DNA from: Candidatus Krumholzibacteriota bacterium | Lineage (GTDB): Bacteria > Krumholzibacteriota > Krumholzibacteriia > JAJRXK01 | Assembly (NCBI GenBank): GCA_024276305.1 | Contig: JAJRXK010000019.1 | Coordinates: 43,294-107,293, forward strand | Reading direction: 5' to 3' | DNA: 64,000 bases | Part shown: in pieces, positions 57,889 through 64,000 of the stretch | Position numbering within the stretch: the first letter of the stretch is position 1 | Layout: each line of letters opens with the position of its first letter | The notes under the pieces: model-generated | Told to the model about the DNA's origin: nothing | The model's input: only the letters and a program-made list of their open reading frames with translations | Databases searched by the model: none | Position numbers and translations under genes: made by a program

Positions 57889-57975
57889 AACATCATCAGA
57901 AGCGAGCGCCGGCAGATGTGTCGGCGCGTTCGCGTGTGAAGAGGCCAGCCGGCCGCAATGTGAAGAAGGTGGACC

Positions 57976-60645
57976 GTGAGCCAGCAAGTGTACTTCTTTG
58001 GGGAAGGGCGTGCCGACGGCAACGCCGAGATGCGGAATCTTCTTGGTGGCAAGGGTGCCAATTTGGCCGAGATGACAAACCTCGGTCTTCCCGTGCCCCC
58101 GGGATTCACCATCGGCACCGATGTCTGCACGTCCTACTACGATCAGGGCGGCGATCATCTGCCCGAAGGCCTCGAGGAGGCGTGCCGCACCGCGGTGGCG
58201 CGGGTGGAGAAGATTCTGGGGCATCGTTTCGGCGACAGGGAGCACCCCCTGCTCTTTTCCGTGCGTTCCGGCGCAAGAGTGAGTATGCCGGGGATGATGG
58301 ACACGGTTCTCAATCTGGGACTCAACGACGAGACCGTCGAGGGCATGGCCTCGGCCACCGGCAACCCACGATTCGCCTATGACAGTTATCGACGCTTCAT
58401 CCAGATGTTCGGCAATGTGGTGCTCGATGTCGACGGTGCGCGCTTCGAGCATGCCCTCGACGCCATGAAGGCCGCGCGAGGAACCACCCAGGACACCGAT
58501 CTCGAGGCGGATGATCTGCGGGAATTGATCGGCCAGTACAAGGCCATCGTGCGCGAAGAGGCCGGACGCGACTTTCCCCAGGATCCGTGGCAGCAGCTCT
58601 GGGATGCAGTGATGGCGGTGTTCCGGAGTTGGAACAACGACCGCGCGATACACTACCGGGCGATGCACGGCTATGCCGACGAGTGGGGCACTGCGGTCAA
58701 CGTGCAGTCGATGGTCTTCGGGAACATGGGAGACGATTGCGCGACGGGCGTGGCGTTCACCAGGGATCCTTCCACGGGGGAGAACCTCTTCTACGGCGAG
58801 TACCTCATCAACGCTCAGGGCGAGGACGTGGTGGCCGGAGTGCGAACTCCTCGCCCGGTGCGGGCCCAGGCCGGAGTGGATGACTCCTTGGAACAGGTGA
58901 TGCCGGAGGTCTACGCGGAGTTGATGCAGGTCGTCGAGAAGCTCGAGGACCACTATCGAGACATGCTCGATCTGGAATTCACCATCCAGAACAACAAGCT
59001 CTGGATGCTTCAAGTCCGAACTGGCAAGAGAACCGGCGTGGCGGCGGTGCGAATCGCGGTGGAGATGGTCGAGGAGGATGCCATCGACACCCGGACCGCA
59101 GTCTCCCGAGTGGAGCCCGAGCAGCTCGATCAGCTTCTGCACCCGATGATCGATCCCAAGGCGAAGGTCCAAGTGGTGGCCGAAGGCTTGCCCGCGTCAC
59201 CGGGAGCAGTGAGTGGCGCCATTGCCTTCACGGCGGAAGAAGCGGTCCAGGCCCGGGCCGAAGGGCGAGATGTGCTTCTGGTTCGGCGTGAGACCAGCCC
59301 CGAGGACATCGCGGGGATGGAAGCCGCGGTGGGGATTCTGACCCAGCGTGGGGGCATGACCTCTCATGCCGCGGTGGTGGCCCGGGGGATGGGAAAGTGT
59401 TGTGTGGCAGGGTGCGGTCAATTGCAGATCGATGAAGCGGGTGGAAGTCTGAAGATCGGCGACCGGATCTACACTCGGAACGATCACCTGACGCTGAACG
59501 GTTCGACCGGCCAGGTCATCGAGGGCGAGGTTCCCACTCTGCCTCCGAGCCTCGACGACAATTTTCGCAAGCTGATGGAGTGGGCCAACGAGTTCCGATC
59601 TCTCAACGTTCGGACCAATGCCGACACCCCCGCGGACAGCGAGCTGGCCCGGAGTTTTGGCGCCGAGGGGATCGGTCTCTGCCGGACCGAGCACATGTTC
59701 TTCGGGGAGGAGCGGATTGCGGCGGTTCGAGAGATGATCGTCTCTCGCACCGAGGATCAGAGGGAGAAGGCTCTGGCCAAGCTCCTTCCCTTCCAGATGG
59801 AGGATTTCGAAGGGATTTTCACCGCAATGACCGGGTTGCCGGTGACGGTGCGACTCCTCGATCCGCCCCTGCACGAATTCCTTCCCCATGATGCGGCAGA
59901 GATCGACCGGCTGGCGATGGAGCTCGGAGTCGAGAAGTCCGAGATGCATGCCATCGTCGAGAGCCTGGCCGAGTTCAACCCGATGCTGGGGCATCGCGGT
60001 TGCCGCCTGGGGGTCACCTATCCCGAGATCTACTCGATGCAGGCCGAGGCCATCATTCGTGCCGCTTGCAGGGTGAAGAAGGCGGGGCACGACCCCCGGC
60101 CCGAGATCATGATCCCGTTGGTCGGCATCGACAACGAGCTCGATCGGATGCGGGCGGTGGTGCAGGCGAAGGCCGAGCAAATCCTGGCCGAGGAGGGAGT
60201 CAAGGTCGACTATCTCGTCGGAACCATGATCGAGATTCCTCGGGCCTGTGTGACCGCGGACGAGATCGCCAAGAAGGCCGATTTCTTCAGCTTCGGAACG
60301 AATGACCTCACACAGATGGGCTTCGGCTTCAGCCGAGACGATGCCGGGAGTTTCCTTCCCAGCTACGTCAGTGGGGGGATTTTGCCGAGCGATCCCTTCC
60401 AGAGTCTGGATCAGAATGGCATCGGGAAGTTGATCGAGATGGCCATCGAGCTCGGAAGGGCCGAGAATGCCCATCTGCACCTGGGAGTGTGCGGGGAACA
60501 CGGAGGAGATCCGGATTCGGTACATTTCTTCCACCGGGCCGGATTGGACTATGTGAGCTGCTCGCCATATCGCGTGCCGATCGCCATTCTGGCTGCCGCG
60601 CAAGCGGCACTGGCGGACTCTGCGAGTGCAGTGGCCACCGCCTGA
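57976..60645 (+). CDS. ppdK: Pyruvate, phosphate dikinase.
   Basis: Full-length PPDK (GGKGANLAEMTNLGLPVPPGFTI, phospho-His region GGMTSHAAVVARGMGKCCVAG, PEP-utilising C-terminus). GTG start behind GAAGAAGGTGG. Confidence 0.95.
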   Translation: MSQQVYFFGEGRADGNAEMRNLLGGKGANLAEMTNLGLPVPPGFTIGTDVCTSYYDQGGDHLPEGLEEACRTAVARVEKILGHRFGDREHPLLFSVRSGARVSMPGMMDTVLNLGLNDETVEGMASATGNPRFAYDSYRRFIQMFGNVVLDVDGARFEHALDAMKAARGTTQDTDLEADDLRELIGQYKAIVREEAGRDFPQDPWQQLWDAVMAVFRSWNNDRAIHYRAMHGYADEWGTAVNVQSMVFGNMGDDCATGVAFTRDPSTGENLFYGEYLINAQGEDVVAGVRTPRPVRAQAGVDDSLEQVMPEVYAELMQVVEKLEDHYRDMLDLEFTIQNNKLWMLQVRTGKRTGVAAVRIAVEMVEEDAIDTRTAVSRVEPEQLDQLLHPMIDPKAKVQVVAEGLPASPGAVSGAIAFTAEEAVQARAEGRDVLLVRRETSPEDIAGMEAAVGILTQRGGMTSHAAVVARGMGKCCVAGCGQLQIDEAGGSLKIGDRIYTRNDHLTLNGSTGQVIEGEVPTLPPSLDDNFRKLMEWANEFRSLNVRTNADTPADSELARSFGAEGIGLCRTEHMFFGEERIAAVREMIVSRTEDQREKALAKLLPFQMEDFEGIFTAMTGLPVTVRLLDPPLHEFLPHDAAEIDRLAMELGVEKSEMHAIVESLAEFNPMLGHRGCRLGVTYPEIYSMQAEAIIRAACRVKKAGHDPRPEIMIPLVGIDNELDRMRAVVQAKAEQILAEEGVKVDYLVGTMIEIPRACVTADEIAKKADFFSFGTNDLTQMGFGFSRDDAGSFLPSYVSGGILPSDPFQSLDQNGIGKLIEMAIELGRAENAHLHLGVCGEHGGDPDSVHFFHRAGLDYVSCSPYRVPIAILAAAQAALADSASAVATA

Positions 60646-60669
60646 GGATTCCCGCTGGGAGGTAGACCC

Positions 60670-61185
60670 GTGGATCTGCGTGGACGCATCGAACTCTTCG
60701 GAGTGGCCAATATCTTTCAGCTCCTGCATCAGGCAGAGGCGACGGGAAAGTTGGTGCTCGAGGCGCAGGGGGAGAGCGCTCGGGTCTACTTCCACCAGGG
60801 AATGCTCATCTATGCGCGGACCGACGCGGAGGTCGAACGCATCGGGGAACTGTTGGTTCGGATCGGGGCCCTCGAACCCACCCAGCTCGAGGGCGCCCGG
60901 ATCAAGGCAGATCGTCTGGGACAGCGCATTGGAGCCGTACTCGTCGAATCGGGAAGTGTGCAACACTCCGATCTGGTGACTGCGATTCGCGAGCAGATCA
61001 AGTCAGTGGTCTACCGTCTGGTTCGTATCCAGAACGGGTTCTTCACCTTCCACGCTCAGGTGTATCCCGAGAACGAGGACATCCTTCTCGACGTCGGTCT
61101 GGACATGCTCCTCCTCGAGGGTTTTCGTCAGCTCGACGAATTGGAGTACCGGGAGAGTTCGGGGCCTGTCTCCACCGACTCCTAG
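60670..61185 (+). CDS. DUF4388 (PATAN-like) domain protein.
   Basis: GRIELFGVANIFQLLHQAEATGKLVLEAQGESARVYFHQGMLIYA matches the DUF4388 N-terminal signature as remembered. GTG start behind GGGAGGTAG. Confidence 0.6.
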   Translation: MDLRGRIELFGVANIFQLLHQAEATGKLVLEAQGESARVYFHQGMLIYARTDAEVERIGELLVRIGALEPTQLEGARIKADRLGQRIGAVLVESGSVQHSDLVTAIREQIKSVVYRLVRIQNGFFTFHAQVYPENEDILLDVGLDMLLLEGFRQLDELEYRESSGPVSTDS

Positions 61186-61201
61186 AGATTCCCCTTCCTA
61201 T

Positions 61202-61217
61202 TGGATCAGGGCTTGCA
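61202..61217 (+). promoter_or_regulatory. Candidate sigma-54 (-24/-12) promoter TGGATCagggcTTGCA.
   Basis: GG and TTGCA elements at consensus spacing, 90 nt upstream of the STAS gene. Confidence 0.45.
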
Positions 61218-61308
61218 AAGGGCACCGCGGGCAGGTCCGCGGAGCCGGAGCCTCCCCCTGAGGAGCCGTCGTGGCCCTTGGAGTGGCGTGCTTAGGAAGG
61301 AATTTCCC

Positions 61309-61668
61309 ATGGATGGAATTTCGATCCAGGCCCAGAGCCCGGGTGATGCTCCTCATCGCTGCGTTCTGAAGGTTCATGGATACGTCGACACTTCCACTGC
61401 GAACGAGCTCCAATCGGCGCTGGAAGATCATCTGCAACAGGGCCACCACGACCTCTTGGTGGATCTTGCGGACGTGGACTACGTCAGCTCCGCGGGATGG
61501 GGGATCTTCATCAACATCGTGCGCAGCGCACGAGAGGCGGGCGGGGATCTCTGTCTGATCGGCATGCAGCCCGAAGTACAGGAAGTCTTCGAATTATTGG
61601 AGTTCCGGAGCATTCTGGACTCTTACCCGACCATCGAGGACGCGCTCGAGCTGTCGAGTCTGCACTGA
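61309..61668 (+). CDS. STAS-domain anti-sigma-factor antagonist (SpoIIAA-like).
   Basis: LVDLADVDYVSSAGWGIFINIV...GDLCLIGMQPEVQEVFELLEFRSIL. AGGAAGG RBS. Confidence 0.8.
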   Translation: MDGISIQAQSPGDAPHRCVLKVHGYVDTSTANELQSALEDHLQQGHHDLLVDLADVDYVSSAGWGIFINIVRSAREAGGDLCLIGMQPEVQEVFELLEFRSILDSYPTIEDALELSSLH

Positions 61669-61745
61669 GACCGGGTTGGCGGGCGGAACGCTGGCGTGGG
61701 GAAGCGCGTAGGGGTATTCTGGCCCTCCCCGCACCGCGGAGTCTC

Positions 61746-63974
61746 ATGTCCACTCAGTTCTGGCACTTGTCTCCTGGAGGCCTTGGCCTGCGACCCCTCG
61801 ATCCGGGCGCGGTCGTCCTCTGGATTGCGGTCGCCCTCTGCGCGGTCTGGGTCGCCCGGCGCACCTACCAGGCCACCGTGCCGAGCTTGGCGCCGCGGCG
61901 CCGACGACTCCTCGTCCTGCTCCGGGCGGGGTCCTTGGTGCTCCTCCTCTTTCTGCTCCTCGAGCCCAGACTCGTGTCCCATCGCGAGACGGTCGTGGAT
62001 CCCACCCTCCTCCTACTGGTGGACGACAGCGCGAGCATGGCGATCGTCGACGAAGAGGAGGGCTCTCGCCTGGAGGCGGCGCGTCTGCGTTCGGCTCGGG
62101 TGGAAAATGCATTGCGCACCCGCTTCCCTTCGGTCCGGATCCGGCGAGCGGCCGGATCGAGGCGGGTGCGGGTTGCGGGCCCGTGGGACTTCGACGCGGC
62201 CCGGGGGGAGGGGACCGATCTTCGGAGTCTCTTGGTGTCGGCCCAACAACGCCACCTCGACGACAATCTGCGGGGCATCGTCCTCTTCAGCGACGGTCGG
62301 AATACGGGTCGTGCCGGTGGAGGACGGGGAGTGGACCTGCCGATCTTCGCCGTCGCCCTCGGTGACAGCGCGGGAAGCAGCGACCTGCGCCTCGACCGCC
62401 TACGCCATCCGGCAGTGGTACGTCGGGGGGATCGCCTCGAGATCCGAGGGGAAGTCGTGGTGCAGTCGGCGCAGCCGGGTTCGACGCGGGTCGAGATCCG
62501 GCGGGAAGGGGAGCTTCTCGATGCCCAAGATCTGTCCTGGGTCCCGGGCACCGGACGCCAACCGTTCCATTTCGTAGTCGAAGCCGACAGCTTGGGATGG
62601 CAGCGCCTCGAGGTGGTGGTGGAGCCGGTGGCGGGGGAGATCCTGACCCAGAACAACCGTCTCCAAGTTGCCTACGAAGTCCAGAAGGACCGCCTGCGAG
62701 TCCTCTTCTACGCCCTCCAGCCTTCCTGGGACACGCATTTTCTGCGGCGAGTGGCGCAGCGTGATCCGCGCTTCGACTTCCTGGTGGCCTACCGCGGAGC
62801 CGATGGAATGAGGGTTGCGGCGGCCGGAAGCACTCTGGTCTGGCCTCTCGGAACGCAGGAAGTCGAAGACGTGGATCTCTTCGTGGCCGCATCCCTTTCG
62901 GATTATGCGCGGCTTTCGCAGGAGGTCCCGCTCTCGCAATTGGTGGAAGCCGGGAGCGGACTCTGGGTCCTGGGTGCGAATGCGGTCGGGCCCGGACTCC
63001 CACGCCTTTCCGAAGGCCAGTCGGCCCTTCTGCCTCTGCGCCCCCGAGGAAGGTGGAGATGGACCACCGGGGAGTACCGGGCCGAAGTCGCGGTCGAGGG
63101 GAGGAGCAGCCCGCTTCTGGAGTGGCCGCCTTCGGTGGGAGAGGTGGATGCGCGTTTGGCCAAGCTCCCGCCGATGGACCGGGCTCTGGGTCCCCTGGAT
63201 CCGGCCCCCGACGCAGAGGTGGTCCTGCAGATGCGCAGCGGCCCCTGGACTCAGCCCCTTCTGGCATTGAGGACCGAAGGACAGGGAAGAATCGCCATGT
63301 GGTCGGCGGCTCCGCTGTGGCCATGGTCCTTCTGGCGTCTGGGCCAGGGAGACAACGAAGAACTCTTTGCGGTGTTGATGCAGAATCTCATGGCCCAGCT
63401 CGCCGAGGGATCGTCCCGCGATCGGCTCCGCCTCCAACTCCCGGCGCGAGTGATTGCGGTGGGGAGTGATGCGCTGGTGCGGGCCACGGTCCTCGATGCC
63501 CAATTCCGTCCGGACTCGGAGAGGGAGCTCTGGCTCGAATGGATCCGTGCGGATGCGACCGACACCACTGCGGTACAACGCCTGCCCATGCGCCTCGATC
63601 CCGATGCGCCGGGGGGGCGCGTCCAGGCTCTGCCGACCCTCTCTCCGGGCGACTATCGGCTCCGGGTGGTGGCCGAGACGGAGCAGGGACCGCAGGTGGG
63701 AGCCTGGTCCCCTCTCACGGTCGATGCCTACTCGGTCGAGTATCGTGATCCCCGTCCCGATGTGGCGGGTTTGCGCGCTCTGACCGAGAGCAGTGGCGGG
63801 CGATTGCTGAAGCGTCCGGAGGATCTCCGGTGGGTCGAGGAATTGGATCTCTCCCCTCGACGAGATGTGAAACTGAGCCGCCTCGACCTCTGGTCGAGCT
63901 GGTGGGCCTTGGTGCCCTTCCTCCTCCTGGTGGGAGGAGAGTGGACTCTGCGCCGGCGGTGGGGGCTTCTCTGA
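61746..63974 (+). CDS. BatA-like N-terminal double-TM / VWA-like domain protein (742 aa).
   Basis: Two N-terminal TM helices, LLLLVDDSASM (DxSxS MIDAS-like), long beta-rich C-terminal region, final TM. Confidence 0.65.
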   Translation: MSTQFWHLSPGGLGLRPLDPGAVVLWIAVALCAVWVARRTYQATVPSLAPRRRRLLVLLRAGSLVLLLFLLLEPRLVSHRETVVDPTLLLLVDDSASMAIVDEEEGSRLEAARLRSARVENALRTRFPSVRIRRAAGSRRVRVAGPWDFDAARGEGTDLRSLLVSAQQRHLDDNLRGIVLFSDGRNTGRAGGGRGVDLPIFAVALGDSAGSSDLRLDRLRHPAVVRRGDRLEIRGEVVVQSAQPGSTRVEIRREGELLDAQDLSWVPGTGRQPFHFVVEADSLGWQRLEVVVEPVAGEILTQNNRLQVAYEVQKDRLRVLFYALQPSWDTHFLRRVAQRDPRFDFLVAYRGADGMRVAAAGSTLVWPLGTQEVEDVDLFVAASLSDYARLSQEVPLSQLVEAGSGLWVLGANAVGPGLPRLSEGQSALLPLRPRGRWRWTTGEYRAEVAVEGRSSPLLEWPPSVGEVDARLAKLPPMDRALGPLDPAPDAEVVLQMRSGPWTQPLLALRTEGQGRIAMWSAAPLWPWSFWRLGQGDNEELFAVLMQNLMAQLAEGSSRDRLRLQLPARVIAVGSDALVRATVLDAQFRPDSERELWLEWIRADATDTTAVQRLPMRLDPDAPGGRVQALPTLSPGDYRLRVVAETEQGPQVGAWSPLTVDAYSVEYRDPRPDVAGLRALTESSGGRLLKRPEDLRWVEELDLSPRRDVKLSRLDLWSSWWALVPFLLLVGGEWTLRRRWGLL

Positions 63975-64000
63975 TTCAGGAGCCCCGGCCTTCTCCCCGG

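Overview
The window is a 64-kb, high-GC (about 67-70%) bacterial chromosomal segment with almost every gene on the + strand.

Recognisable housekeeping genes are: eno with an ftsB-like gene, initiator tRNA-fMet and a SelW-like selenoprotein (minus strand, 3.6-5.7 kb); aspS; the phoH-pgpH-ybeY-corC-DUF502-mgtE-recO-glyQ-glyS run (36-47 kb); and ppdK (58-60.6 kb).

The remaining blocks look accessory:
- Five secreted proteins carry the C-terminal sorting-domain signature (PNPFNP-type, FlgD-Ig/T9SS-like), next to a FadL/PorV-like outer-membrane barrel.
- An ECF sigma / anti-sigma module (5.7-10.5 kb) is followed by a bactofilin-like membrane protein and an HExxH metalloprotease.
- A sigma-54 module (11.7-21 kb) holds an orphan NtrC-type regulator, a 1030-aa TPR-GAF-AAA+ activator and a candidate -24/-12 promoter in front of a lipoprotein + DUF4384/RS-rich protein pair.
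- A four-gene cluster of very large secreted proteins lies at 47.3-57.9 kb.
- A DUF4388-STAS-BatA-like trio at the right end has a second candidate sigma-54 promoter.

Three coding-level oddities stand out: a SelW-like gene that is intact only if an in-frame TGA is read as selenocysteine, an in-frame TAG inside rlmN at a conserved Glu codon, and an apparent frame disruption at the 5' end of a DJ-1/PfpI gene. A 0.9-kb intergenic region (17.27-18.17 kb) with low-GC patches, palindromes and a strong intrinsic terminator may encode an unrecognised ncRNA.

No CRISPR array, rRNA, transposase or integrase is visible. All family assignments come from motif recognition by eye; no database search was run.
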